Below are positions 10,076-20,399 of a stretch of 64,000 nt of DNA, piece after piece; positions within the stretch are counted from its first letter, which is position 1; each line of letters begins with the position of its first letter. The notes below the pieces were generated by a model. That model did no database searches and was not told where the DNA came from. It saw only the letters and a program-made list of their open reading frames with translations. The DNA is from Myxococcota bacterium. GTDB taxonomy: Bacteria; Myxococcota_A; Bradymonadia; UBA7976; UBA1532. The position numbers and the translations under genes are program-made. Location: contig JAYZEG010000062.1 in the NCBI GenBank assembly GCA_036337435.1, positions 1-64,000 of the forward strand, read 5' to 3'.

Positions 10076-10933
10076 ATGCAGCTTGAGCAAATCCATGCGC
10101 TCCGGTCCCGATGTCAGTTTGTTGAAGAAGCCGTTGATCTTCCACTTCCGAAAAAAGCCTTCGAGCTCTATTTATTGGTTCGTGATACCCAGCGGTATAT
10201 CGCTGTTCTTGACGAACGCTTGGTTCGTGCCGCTCGAGAGCGTAATGACGCCTTGGTTGTCCTTGGTCAGACCATACTGAATGACGAATCTCCCGCAACA
10301 ATAACGGGTGCATTTCATTTTGAATCGACCATGAAACAAATTAAAGAGCATCGACAAAGTTTGACCACAACAATCAAAGGCTTGGAACAACAGATCGGGA
10401 ATTTAAGGGGTCGACTGGTTGAAATATTGTCCGAGAAGGACGCTCAGATTAGCGAACTGAAGACCGATGAGAGATTATTTATTCACGAGACCAAGCGTTT
10501 GCAGAAAAACGCGCAAAATGACAGTAAGATAAGTGAATTAGAACAGCAGCTGAAGCAGAATAAGCAGCAACAAGAGTCTTTGATACAAGAGCGTACTCGA
10601 TTGGAACGAGATGGATTGCTCGAGTTTGATCAACTCAGCGAACAATTGGCGAGCTATGTCACGCAAATCAAAGAGACCTCTGTTCGTGCCGAAAAGGTCC
10701 AGCGCGATCTCGGGCGCGCAGTTCTTCAGTCTGAGCACAAGAGTACAGATTCAGATGTCAACGCGGTTGCTCGGGAAAAGCTAAAGTATTTTGAAGTACT
10801 GCGGGAGCAGAGAATAGACGCGGTTGATTTCTTGTCTGAAATCGATACCGAACCCCTGTCAAAATTCATCGGTGTTCTCGGGTTATCCACCCTTATCGCG
10901 ATTGCTCTAGTTTGGGTATTCACTCTTTTTTAG
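10076..10933 (+). CDS. Coiled-coil protein with C-terminal membrane anchor, unknown function
   Basis: Heptad-rich Q/E/K/L sequence and hydrophobic C-terminus FIGVLGLSTLIAIALVWVFTLF; starts 3 nt after mglA. Confidence 0.75.
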   Translation: MQLEQIHALRSRCQFVEEAVDLPLPKKAFELYLLVRDTQRYIAVLDERLVRAARERNDALVVLGQTILNDESPATITGAFHFESTMKQIKEHRQSLTTTIKGLEQQIGNLRGRLVEILSEKDAQISELKTDERLFIHETKRLQKNAQNDSKISELEQQLKQNKQQQESLIQERTRLERDGLLEFDQLSEQLASYVTQIKETSVRAEKVQRDLGRAVLQSEHKSTDSDVNAVAREKLKYFEVLREQRIDAVDFLSEIDTEPLSKFIGVLGLSTLIAIALVWVFTLF

Positions 10934-10979
10934 GCTGTAAATTCGATCGTTTACCGAACTCAGTTTACACTCACCTCCT

Positions 10980-11456
10980 ATGCGACAAGAACGAATGAAC
11001 CAATTGCTTGAAGTGGCGGAACGCCATATTCAAGCGGGTCGACCACGCCGTGCGGTATTCGCTTATCGAAAGACATTGGCGATCTCGACTTCAATAGATT
11101 GGCAATGGGAGTTTGCCCAGCTTCGCCTGGCCGAAATTCATTTGGCTCGTGGTCAGACAGAGCTCGCATTTGCTCATCTGCTCAAGGCAAATGAACGGTG
11201 CTCCAATGAGCCGCGCTACGCTTACCTCTTGGGCCATATCTTGCGGCGTCTCGGTCAGCCGGAACGTGCCATTCCCTATCTCATGACGGCGGTCGAGGCC
11301 ATCCGTGAGCGCACTTTAGCCTTGGTTGAACTCGCCTATGTGACCGCTGACCTGGGCGATCGAGAAACGGCCCGTCTTCTTGTCAAAAGCGTTCGACAGA
11401 TCGAACCAGAGCACCCCGAAATCAATGCGGCTTGGCTCTATTCACTCGATTCCTAA
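10980..11456 (+). CDS. Small TPR-repeat protein
   Basis: Helical repeats LAEIHLARGQTELA, LGHILRRLGQPERA and LAYVTADLGDRETA. Confidence 0.75.
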   Translation: MRQERMNQLLEVAERHIQAGRPRRAVFAYRKTLAISTSIDWQWEFAQLRLAEIHLARGQTELAFAHLLKANERCSNEPRYAYLLGHILRRLGQPERAIPYLMTAVEAIRERTLALVELAYVTADLGDRETARLLVKSVRQIEPEHPEINAAWLYSLDS

Positions 11457-11578
11457 ATCAAGGGTTCGCAGTATAAGCCTACGTCTTTGGTTGTTATCTG
11501 AACTGGTGACGTATTATTCGCTCGATCGGAGCAGATTGACCTTCAAGATTCTGCCGGTTTTGACGATGTAGGGGGTGA

Positions 11579-12472
11579 GTGCCGGGTATGATTCTCGTAT
11601 CCGCAATCACGGAGGTTATATCGTTGATTCGAATTGCAAATCCGGGTGTTTATGTTGTGCCGAAGGTAAGTGGTACAACGGGATCTCTATCCAATGGACA
11701 ACGACAAGCACTGAATGCAAAGAGGGAAGACGGCGTGACTCTGGGACGCGCGTCACCTCTAAAAGACCCATTGGCTGAGATGAAAAGTCTCAAGACAAAA
11801 TCTCACCAAAACGAACTCAAACAAAGCGAACAGGCACGGGATCTTCGCAGCGCCATCAATGCGTTGCCACGCGATGCCAGAGGAGCCATCAGTCCTGAAA
11901 TTTTGGTTGAGGAAGAAAAGAAATCATCCCTCGGTCAAGCCATTGAACGACTGGTACTGGAAGGGCTCGGCACAGGTGCAGACATCGCCTTTGAACACGC
12001 TGTGCAATCCTTGTTTTCTCGCTATGCCGATGACTTAGGATTGGACGAAGCGGAATTTCAACAAGCCAAGACGTTGATGCTCAAAGAGGTGCGGGACGTT
12101 GTGGCCGATAATGAAATTCGTCCATGGGACCCCAGTCAACCTGCGCCCGCGAAAATGGACCTTGAGGAAACTGTAGAAATGCTTCAGGAGAAGGTCTTTA
12201 ACCGCCGCCGAATGATGTTGGAAGCATCCGGAGACTTGAGTCGCGTGTTGGCCGAATTGACGGTCTCGGCCCAGAACGGCGACACCGAGGAGTTGACCAA
12301 GTTGGGTGGGTTCCTTCAAAAATTCGGCCAAGCAGTCCGTGCCAGGTCATCGCATGCTCTGCGGGAGACCGCCAAAAAACAATTGCTCACTGCGACCCAT
12401 TTAGAGCCCGAACGTCCCTCAAATAACCATTGGGCGGAAGCGTTTCTCGATAAATTAGCAAACGTAAGCTGA
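11579..12472 (+). CDS. Hypothetical helical protein (start uncertain)
   Basis: A 297-aa ORF that fills the gap in a co-oriented run; no recognisable motif. Confidence 0.65.
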   Translation: MPGMILVSAITEVISLIRIANPGVYVVPKVSGTTGSLSNGQRQALNAKREDGVTLGRASPLKDPLAEMKSLKTKSHQNELKQSEQARDLRSAINALPRDARGAISPEILVEEEKKSSLGQAIERLVLEGLGTGADIAFEHAVQSLFSRYADDLGLDEAEFQQAKTLMLKEVRDVVADNEIRPWDPSQPAPAKMDLEETVEMLQEKVFNRRRMMLEASGDLSRVLAELTVSAQNGDTEELTKLGGFLQKFGQAVRARSSHALRETAKKQLLTATHLEPERPSNNHWAEAFLDKLANVS

Positions 12473-12600
12473 CCTATCGGACGCTCGCATATAGTGATTA
12501 AACACGTTTCTTTCTTCACTCGAGAAGCATTTAGTTCGGTGTTGCATTGACCGCAGTGTGAGGATCGTATTTGATCCAAATACTTGGTTGGATGATTAAA

Positions 12601-14481
12601 ATGACGGACGGACTCGAAACAGCTAAAAATGGTGGACTTCTAGGGTTTCTGGAAGAGACGGCTGATTCGCATAGGGATCCGGCTCAACAGTCCCAACTCG
12701 ACCAAGCTAAAGAAGCATTCAGGGCGCTTGAAAAACTCATCAAGAACGTGAGTCTGTATGGCCTTGAACACCAGTCGACTGACCGCTTCTTGCAGAATAC
12801 TTATATCGCTTTCCAAGACGCGATCTCCACGACGGGTGAGCTTGAAATTATCGTTCGTCCCTATGATCTAACCGTTCATGACGAGGCTGTTCTAGAAAAC
12901 CCGAGCCCGGAGAGGAACTTCATCTACACGCTCTATCTCGACGGTGTGAGACGCTTGTGTTTCCTCCCGCAAATTACTGCGGACGAACTGTTTCGCTTCG
13001 TTCAGATATTGCTTACTGATTGGGATCAACCAGGCTTGTTTGAAGATGACATGGTCACCCTGCTCTGGTCTGAGCACTTCCTTGGTCTTAAGTATTCAGT
13101 TCTTGATAATTTCGCGGAAGACATCCGGGAGGACGACAGCAACACCTACACGGTCGCTGGTGTGATTGATCGAGTCCGAGCAAAAGGGAGATTTCTAGCC
13201 GAAAAGCCCGATAGCCTCGCGGCGGATGGTGCCTCTCGACGTCTCAAGCGGGTCAATTTGAGCGGTATGTCTGTGACCGACACAGATCTAAGTGAGTTTA
13301 GTGAAGTCGTATTTGCAATGGATCCAACAGAGTTTAGACGACTTCAGAGAACAGTTCATACGACAGCCCGTGAAAAATTAGAGAAATTCATCGAAATTCT
13401 TTTCAAAGTTCATTTGATTCAAGAGGTGAGCGAAGAAGCCCGCCGAGGCCGTATAACAGAATTATTTGATCGAATTGCTGACCTGTTGCTTGAAAATGGT
13501 GCCATCGGCGAATTGGAGCGATTGCTCAGAACGATAAGGCGACTCAACGGGCCAGAAAACCAGGTTATTCGCGAAAATGTATTGGCCATAGAACACATCG
13601 TTGACCATTGGTCTGCCCAGCCCTTCATCGATCGTATCACATTGGGTCTGCGCCAACCCGGTTTTTCATATAGGCCATCTGTAATTGGAATCTGCCAATT
13701 GTTGTCGAAACGAGCCGCATCTCACATCGCTCGTGTGGCGGGTCGCATCGATGACCCAGCGACCCGGGAGCTGCTGTGGCAATTGGTTTCTGAGAAATTG
13801 AGTGGTCAAGAGCGGTCAATTGCAGACCTCTTAAGGGATGCTAATCGTCAGCATGCACACGAAATATTTAGGCTCCTCAAAAAAGCAGCCGATCCCGATG
13901 AACTCAAATATGCAATCGAAGTCGCTCTAGGCAATCCAGATCCATCTGTTCGATTGGAGGCCTTGACCAATCTACCGACCAAACGGGTTGATGTATATCA
14001 TAAGCCACTCATTCGGATGTTGACCGACAAGGCGAAACCAATTCGGTCTCGTGCGTTACACTTGCTCGCTCGATGTCAGAAACAGAGTGTCCATGAGCGA
14101 ATTGTCGCTTGCATAAATCAGAAAGAATTTGGCGATTTCGAGCTTGATGAAAAACGCCGATTTTTCGCCGCCGCGGCTCTGACTGGCGGCACGTCTGAAT
14201 ATTGGCTGGAACAGTTCAGGGCCAATGCCCTTTTGTCGACAAAAGGGCAAGATGCCCTGAGGCATTGCGCTGCTGTCGCCATTGGTATCCGAGTTTACCA
14301 AGACGGTTTGTCATCGCTCGAAAAGGAAGTGAAAAGACGGCTTAAATATCCACTGGCAGCAGAGGGAGCGGCTTGGGCTGTTCAGCACATGCAATGCGAC
14401 AGAGACGAGCGAACACGCCAGCTTTATGAACTGTTCTATCACGGCCAGCTAGTCACTCAGACAGGGGTCCTCAATGTCTGA
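12601..14481 (+). CDS. HEAT-repeat protein
   Basis: N-terminal KNVSLYGLEHQ...LYLDGVRRLCF domain and C-terminal HEAT-like units (LGNPDPSVRLEAL, LTDKAKPIRSRAL); overlaps the next gene by 8 nt. Confidence 0.75.
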   Translation: MTDGLETAKNGGLLGFLEETADSHRDPAQQSQLDQAKEAFRALEKLIKNVSLYGLEHQSTDRFLQNTYIAFQDAISTTGELEIIVRPYDLTVHDEAVLENPSPERNFIYTLYLDGVRRLCFLPQITADELFRFVQILLTDWDQPGLFEDDMVTLLWSEHFLGLKYSVLDNFAEDIREDDSNTYTVAGVIDRVRAKGRFLAEKPDSLAADGASRRLKRVNLSGMSVTDTDLSEFSEVVFAMDPTEFRRLQRTVHTTAREKLEKFIEILFKVHLIQEVSEEARRGRITELFDRIADLLLENGAIGELERLLRTIRRLNGPENQVIRENVLAIEHIVDHWSAQPFIDRITLGLRQPGFSYRPSVIGICQLLSKRAASHIARVAGRIDDPATRELLWQLVSEKLSGQERSIADLLRDANRQHAHEIFRLLKKAADPDELKYAIEVALGNPDPSVRLEALTNLPTKRVDVYHKPLIRMLTDKAKPIRSRALHLLARCQKQSVHERIVACINQKEFGDFELDEKRRFFAAAALTGGTSEYWLEQFRANALLSTKGQDALRHCAAVAIGIRVYQDGLSSLEKEVKRRLKYPLAAEGAAWAVQHMQCDRDERTRQLYELFYHGQLVTQTGVLNV

Positions 14482-15979
14482 TTTTAGTCGCGATGTAGGT
14501 GCTTTAGATTTCCTGACTCAATTAAGCGAAGGACTCGATCATGAGCGCATTGAGACTTCGAGAAAACTTGTCAATTACCTCTTCGTTTTGATGCGCTCTG
14601 CGGCAATGCATGACCTAGAAAATGAAGCACTCAATCGGCCGCTTGAGCAGATGTCGGATACATTAGCACAATGTTTCTCGGGTGGTTTAGATAAGGTTGA
14701 AGTCGCGCTCCTTGATGGAAATTTCTTCATTAATGGCCGGCTCTTACAACTCGACTATTCGACATTTCAAAACACCCGATATCTGAGAAAAATATATGAG
14801 TATCTCGATATTGCGGAAATCTCTTTCTCGGCCGTTCCCTCATCAATTGACCTGCGAGCTTTGCTGGATGCTTTCGTACGCGTTCTGAGAGGTGAATTAG
14901 ACAGTATCAAGTCGGCTGACCTTAAGCCCATCCATGTGGGTGACCGGACCGTTGAAAATTTTGTTGGATTGTATGGTGAGGGCGACCCCCGCCATCATGT
15001 TCTTGGCCTTTATGCGTCCGGTCTCTTAATGCTGAGACAATTTGTCAACGACCTCCGTAAAGGTCAGGCTCCGAGATATCCAAAGATCAAACGATTGTGT
15101 TTGCAATTGATTGATTTAGAGCCGCGCTACCATAATTTGCTCATCGCGCTGACCCACCTAGAAGGATATAAAGGAAACTTATTTAGCCACATGCTCAATA
15201 CTGGAATTCTCAGTATTGCCTTTGGCAAACGAATCGGCCTGAACAGAGAGCTCCTACTCGATTTAGGCATGACAGCTTTCTATCACGATCTAGGCTGGCC
15301 TTTGATTGGTACACTGAGTGAGTCGAGTGAATCTTTGCGGGCCCTCACCATGGATGGCATCAATCGGATCAGAAATAATACTGATCCCAGTATGGACGAC
15401 CTGCGCGTTAAAGTCGCTCGTGCTTTAGTTCGTATTGGCGGTTTTAATGAATTGGTCATAAGCCGCTTAATCGTGGCGTATGAGAGCCAAATTCCAACAA
15501 CCTTCAAGCCGGAAGGTTTGTATTATGGCGAGATCGGTGCCAATTTTATGACCCATATCGTCCGGATGGCGAGCCGATATGACGATTTGACGACCGCAGG
15601 GACAGATGCCCCGCCAATGCGTCCAGACGAAGCGATGCGTGTGCTCTTAGACGACGGTGGCAAGGTCTATGATCCGTTCCTAGCCACACTGTTCGTAAAT
15701 GCACTTGGTTCATACCCGGTCGGGACACTGGTTGAATTAAATACTGGCGAGCTTGGCTTGGTCGTCAATCTTCCTACTGATCCGGTTCACTTCAATCGAC
15801 CACAGATCAAGATTCTTATCGATCGTGCCGGACAGAGAAACCAAAGCGGGGCAGTTGTAGACCTGGCGGAAAAAAATCGTTCGGGCTTATTTTTGAGAAC
15901 TGTTGAGCGAACCTATGACGCCCGAAATTTTGGGATCAGTATCACGTCGTTCTTTTTTGGTGCTGAGGGTGGTCACTAA
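14474..15979 (+). CDS. HD-GYP-like domain protein with a degenerate active site
   Basis: SHMLN...FYHDLG and YDDLT...YDPFLATLFVNALGSYPVGTLVELNTGELGLVV; the HHE and GYP motifs are missing. Confidence 0.8.
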   Translation: MSDFSRDVGALDFLTQLSEGLDHERIETSRKLVNYLFVLMRSAAMHDLENEALNRPLEQMSDTLAQCFSGGLDKVEVALLDGNFFINGRLLQLDYSTFQNTRYLRKIYEYLDIAEISFSAVPSSIDLRALLDAFVRVLRGELDSIKSADLKPIHVGDRTVENFVGLYGEGDPRHHVLGLYASGLLMLRQFVNDLRKGQAPRYPKIKRLCLQLIDLEPRYHNLLIALTHLEGYKGNLFSHMLNTGILSIAFGKRIGLNRELLLDLGMTAFYHDLGWPLIGTLSESSESLRALTMDGINRIRNNTDPSMDDLRVKVARALVRIGGFNELVISRLIVAYESQIPTTFKPEGLYYGEIGANFMTHIVRMASRYDDLTTAGTDAPPMRPDEAMRVLLDDGGKVYDPFLATLFVNALGSYPVGTLVELNTGELGLVVNLPTDPVHFNRPQIKILIDRAGQRNQSGAVVDLAEKNRSGLFLRTVERTYDARNFGISITSFFFGAEGGH

Positions 15980-16618
15980 GTGGGAATGCTGTCCATCGAT
16001 AGTGCGGTTCCACCACCGGAATTCTCAGCGACTTTAGCGAAGCAATTTGGTCGATGGCAATCGACGGGACACATACCCATTGCTCTGAAAGCCCACGCCC
16101 TCCTAAAGACTGAAAAATACCGAAAACTGCTGGAATTTGGTATCGAACTTGAGCGTCGCATGCCAGACACGTTGGGGAATGGATTTATCGACGACCTTAA
16201 GCGTTGGATCTCGTCAGGACAGGCATCAGCATCCGTCTTACTTCAACCTGAAATGGAAGAGGCCTACCGGGCTGTCGTCGAGTATGTGAATCGAGGGGAT
16301 TTACATAATGCGTCACTGGGTACACTTGCTCGCTTTTTACATTCGAACCGGGATGTGTTGCCCACAACCACACAGCCAGCACTCGACCAAGGCGACGATC
16401 AAACGACCTTCGTAGGCCAACAACCCGACTTGTCAGACATGTCAGATGTGAGTCTTGAACACGCCTTAGACATTGGCCAAGAAAGAGCAAGGCCCGACCA
16501 AACTAAACCAAAGACAAATCTTGATTCGTCACGCGCTGAACCGGCCTATTCAGCCTTGATCATTGGTGCGGTCGTTATGCTTCAAATCCTTGTGATTTAC
16601 TTTTCGCTCTTCCGTTAA
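15980..16618 (+). CDS. Hypothetical protein with C-terminal TM helix
   Basis: ORF abuts the previous stop and ends in ALIIGAVVMLQILVIYFSLFR. Confidence 0.65.
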   Translation: MGMLSIDSAVPPPEFSATLAKQFGRWQSTGHIPIALKAHALLKTEKYRKLLEFGIELERRMPDTLGNGFIDDLKRWISSGQASASVLLQPEMEEAYRAVVEYVNRGDLHNASLGTLARFLHSNRDVLPTTTQPALDQGDDQTTFVGQQPDLSDMSDVSLEHALDIGQERARPDQTKPKTNLDSSRAEPAYSALIIGAVVMLQILVIYFSLFR

Positions 16619-16971
16619 GCGAGGATCCGATTTAACGCTGTTTCGACTTCATCGACTTGGTATGCATCTTCACCAACCACTGATAAGTAATGTGGATGTC
16701 CTTCGATCTCCAGATTACATATCGTGATTGGGTGTCCATGGGTCACAAGATTAACCAAGCCGTCTCTGGGGTGTGTTCCTGGTCCGGCAATCGTGGCGAG
16801 TGTTGCGATTGCTTCAACGTTCAATGGAGATGGGGCACCGGCGACCACGGCACCATCCCGATGACTCAACGTAAGGGCTTTTAGGGCATTTCTTTTCGCA
16901 GTCGAGGCCAAGTACAGTTTTGCCGCTTCTAATGGATCATTACTTCTCGTCTGCCGTCGTTCGCTTTCCAT
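16615..16971 (-). CDS. Small hypothetical protein, possibly roadblock/profilin-like
   Basis: ATG at 16971 with GCGGGAG RBS; MESERRQTRSNDPL...ALTLSHRDGAVVAG. Confidence 0.65.
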   Translation of the reverse strand: MESERRQTRSNDPLEAAKLYLASTAKRNALKALTLSHRDGAVVAGAPSPLNVEAIATLATIAGPGTHPRDGLVNLVTHGHPITICNLEIEGHPHYLSVVGEDAYQVDEVETALNRILA

Positions 16972-17110
16972 ACTCGTTCTCCCGCTGTGCAAATACTACA
17001 TTAGCTTACATGTAGTCGGCCTGCAAAAAACTTGTTGGAAAAATCCGCTACTTTCGTGCGATTCACTCAGTGCAAAAATTGATGAGAACTGCTGGAATTG
17101 AGCGCCATCG

Positions 17111-17368
17111 CTACTCAATTTCAAATGAATCATCCATGAGAAGGTTCGGTATATTGTCGTTCACTTGAAACGCCCGCCGACCATCGACCGTGATCAGCAA
17201 GCCATCGACCTTTTTTGTCAAGGCGTCACCGTTTCGAGTCACGATTTTGCCGTTCTCAATCTTCGCGTTTATTGAATCCACCAGGTTTGAATCAGCAATT
17301 TTGAGTTTTACGTTCGTTTCAGGACAGATCAAAATCGATACGAAATCAGGGTCAATGGTCATAATCAT
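17111..17368 (-). CDS. Trm112-like protein
   Basis: IDPDFVSILICPET...GLLITVDGRRAFQVNDNIPNLL; AGCAGGA RBS. Confidence 0.85.
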   Translation of the reverse strand: MIMTIDPDFVSILICPETNVKLKIADSNLVDSINAKIENGKIVTRNGDALTKKVDGLLITVDGRRAFQVNDNIPNLLMDDSFEIE

Positions 17369-17514
17369 TCCTGCTCTTCTACAAAGACATTGTCCAAAAG
17401 ATGCGCTTGATCCAAACAGTTTTCAAGGCTCATTCGAACCGATGACCAAGAGCTGGCTTTTGATTGGTTTTGAGCATCATTTTTTAACTACAAAGTACGT
17501 AAAAACGCACAGTG

Positions 17515-17542
17515 TTGACAAAATACTACATTACCCTACAAT
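17515..17542 (+). promoter_or_regulatory. sigma70 promoter for ftsK
   Basis: TTGACA-N16-TACAAT, then a GAGGGAG RBS and ATG at 17569. Confidence 0.6.
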
Positions 17543-17568
17543 TAAAGCTCACAGAGGGAGACGTTAAT

Positions 17569-20397
17569 ATGGGGGCAAAAGCCGAAGCTGCTGCGACGCC
17601 GCGTAAAAGTCGAGTCGCCACGAAGAAAAAGGCACCGGCGAAACAAAAGCGGCGGGCCGCTGACCATGAAGTTGAAGCCTTAAAAAACGAAATGCTAGGG
17701 ATTGCGATTGCGGTCGCATGTCTTGCCGTTTTTCTGGCTTTAATTTCCTTCTATCCTGAGGACGTTACCAAAACTGGATCGGCTGCAACCACTGGACGAA
17801 CCCACAACTTGATTGGCCCGGTTGGTGCCAGCATTGCCAACATCATTCTGGCCATTTTTGGTTTGGCGGGATTCCTATTACCAATCACCTTCGTTCTGCC
17901 AGGCCTCTGTTTTTTGACGGGCCGGAAACTGAGAATCCGTCTAACCGATGCTCTTGCATACCCAGCATTGATTCTATGTTGTGCGATGGCCGCACATTTA
18001 TGGTTGGAGACAAGAACCGTTCTTGGGCATCTACCTGGTGGTTGGATTGGTGCCCACGGGGCTGAAATATTACGGTCATTTTTCGGAACAACTGGGGCCT
18101 ACTTATTAATTTACTCGGTTCTCGCTCTCACATTTGTCATGTCGACAGGCATTAGTCTGGTGGCCATAGTCAAGAAAGCGATCAAGCCCATGTGGGAGTG
18201 GTTCGCTTCGAAAGTTGGCCAAATGAGCACCGCCCTCCGCCGTCTTCCTGGCCGTATTTGGGTTGATGTCCAGGACATCTGGTCCAACCGCACGCGAGCG
18301 TCTACAAAGTCGGAGAAGACCGACGAGTCGAAGATAAAGACGTCGCGAGCGCAAGAACCGAAGATTACCGACCGTCGGAACGCGATTGCAGAAAAAGAAA
18401 CAAAGGCGGCGACGTCAAATTCTGTGACCGACGAAAGTAATCTACAAGAGCCGCCAGAGAAGCGGTCTATCTTTAGCTTAAAGCGATCGAAATCAGATGA
18501 AAATAGAGAGAGTGGTGTGTTCACTATGGGCGACTCTTCCATCGCGGAACCCGCGGTCGACATCGTCCATGACGTTGACGACATAGGCGTCCAATTTGAC
18601 GATCCTATGGACGCAAAGGCTGTCCAGGGGCACGGTGATACTGTTCTAGGAACTGCAGCCGTGACTCAGCCACCGAGTCAAATGGAAAGTCATGGCTCGA
18701 CTTCACGTGAGGAACGCAAGCCCGTTGTTAACCGTCGACGTAACAAAGAGACGCCACCCGAAGAGCAAATTGAAATTCCCCTTCCTGAGGGACTGAAGTG
18801 TGAAGGTTACCGACTACCACCCCTACATTTTCTCGACTATGACAATTCTGACCAAGTTGAAATCGACCCAGATTTTCTACAGGCGCAGGCCACACGCCTA
18901 GTCGAAGCATTGGCGACATTCAAAATCGAGGGTCGGGTGACTGAAATTCATCCGGGTCCCGTTGTGACCATGTATGAATTCGAGCCAGCTCCGGGGGTCA
19001 GAATCAGTAAAATTGCAGGTTTGTCAGACGATCTTGCCATGGCTCTCAAAGCGTTTCGGGTGCGAATTGTCGCTCCGATTCCGGGAAAAGGTGCAGTCGG
19101 CTTCGAAGTACCGAATCAAAGTCGCGAGACGGTCTACATTAAAGAAATTATCGGTGCTAAAGCATTTACACAGAAAAAGCATAACCTACCGATGGTACTC
19201 GGCAAGAATATCCACGGTGAACCTGTGGTCACTGACCTCAGTAAAATGCCACATCTTTTGGTTGCCGGTACGACAGGTTCTGGTAAATCCGTTGGTGTCA
19301 ATTGCATGATTACCAGCTTGCTCTATCACTGTAATCCTGAAGAGTGCCGATTCATTATGGTGGACCCCAAGATGCTCGAATTGAGTATTTATGAGGGGAT
19401 TCCACATTTACTATTGCCTGTGGTTACAGATCCGAAGAAAGCATCAATGGCACTGAAATGGGCTGTTGATGAAATGGAACGCCGATATGAATTGATGAAG
19501 AATGCAGGCGTTCGTGATTTGAGGGGCTACAATCGACGCGTCGAAAAGGAGCTTGCAGAGGCAGAGGCGGCACAATTGCGAGCCAAGGCCAACGCTCTTG
19601 ATCCGAACTTCGACGCCTCTGGGCACGTCGATACGGACAGCAATGGCGCAGTAGACAGAGTCGAGCCAAACCAGCTAATCGTCGAGGAAACACCTCAAAA
19701 GCTTCCGTATCTCGTCGTCGTCATCGATGAATTCGCGGATCTTATGATGGTTGCTGGGAAGGAAGTCGAACTGTGCGTAGCTCGAATTGCTCAAAAAGCG
19801 CGAGCCGCCGGTATTCACCTTATCTTAGCTACACAGCGGCCATCGACAGATGTAATTACAGGCCTTATCAAGGCCAACTTCCCTACTCGGATCGCCTTCC
19901 AGGTCAGCAGTGGAATCGACTCTCGGACAGTTCTAAATACCATCGGAGCAGAAAACCTATTGGGTAAAGGCGACATGCTTTTCATGCCACCAGGGAGCTC
20001 AAAGCTAACCCGCGTCCATGGGGCATTTGTCAGCGAAGAAGAGATCAGTGGTGTTGTTGAGTTTATAAAGGAGCAGGCGGCACCAGACTATTTGGATGAA
20101 TCGATTTTGCTCACAGACGATGAGAAAGACGATCTTGTTGATAATGACGACGTCGAAATGGACGAAATGTATGAAGAGGCTGTTCGCGTCGTCGCGCGAG
20201 ATGGTCGAGCCAGCACGAGTCATTTACAGCGTAGATTATCGCTTGGATACAATCGCGCCGCACGAATTGTTGACCAAATGGAGCGCGATGGACTGGTGGG
20301 CCCAAGTCGTGGAGCTAAACCACGGGAAGTAAACAAAGCGTTGATCCACGAGCTTGTCAATCGTTGGGATGGTGGGGCGGCACAGGCTGTCATTTAA
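17569..20397 (+). CDS. ftsK: DNA translocase FtsK
   Basis: N-terminal TM domain, PHLLVAGTTGSGKS, VVIDEFADLM, ARAAGIHLILATQRPS, and gamma domain LQRRLSLGYNRAAR. Confidence 0.97.
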   Translation: MGAKAEAAATPRKSRVATKKKAPAKQKRRAADHEVEALKNEMLGIAIAVACLAVFLALISFYPEDVTKTGSAATTGRTHNLIGPVGASIANIILAIFGLAGFLLPITFVLPGLCFLTGRKLRIRLTDALAYPALILCCAMAAHLWLETRTVLGHLPGGWIGAHGAEILRSFFGTTGAYLLIYSVLALTFVMSTGISLVAIVKKAIKPMWEWFASKVGQMSTALRRLPGRIWVDVQDIWSNRTRASTKSEKTDESKIKTSRAQEPKITDRRNAIAEKETKAATSNSVTDESNLQEPPEKRSIFSLKRSKSDENRESGVFTMGDSSIAEPAVDIVHDVDDIGVQFDDPMDAKAVQGHGDTVLGTAAVTQPPSQMESHGSTSREERKPVVNRRRNKETPPEEQIEIPLPEGLKCEGYRLPPLHFLDYDNSDQVEIDPDFLQAQATRLVEALATFKIEGRVTEIHPGPVVTMYEFEPAPGVRISKIAGLSDDLAMALKAFRVRIVAPIPGKGAVGFEVPNQSRETVYIKEIIGAKAFTQKKHNLPMVLGKNIHGEPVVTDLSKMPHLLVAGTTGSGKSVGVNCMITSLLYHCNPEECRFIMVDPKMLELSIYEGIPHLLLPVVTDPKKASMALKWAVDEMERRYELMKNAGVRDLRGYNRRVEKELAEAEAAQLRAKANALDPNFDASGHVDTDSNGAVDRVEPNQLIVEETPQKLPYLVVVIDEFADLMMVAGKEVELCVARIAQKARAAGIHLILATQRPSTDVITGLIKANFPTRIAFQVSSGIDSRTVLNTIGAENLLGKGDMLFMPPGSSKLTRVHGAFVSEEEISGVVEFIKEQAAPDYLDESILLTDDEKDDLVDNDDVEMDEMYEEAVRVVARDGRASTSHLQRRLSLGYNRAARIVDQMERDGLVGPSRGAKPREVNKALIHELVNRWDGGAAQAVI

Positions 20398-20399
20398 AC

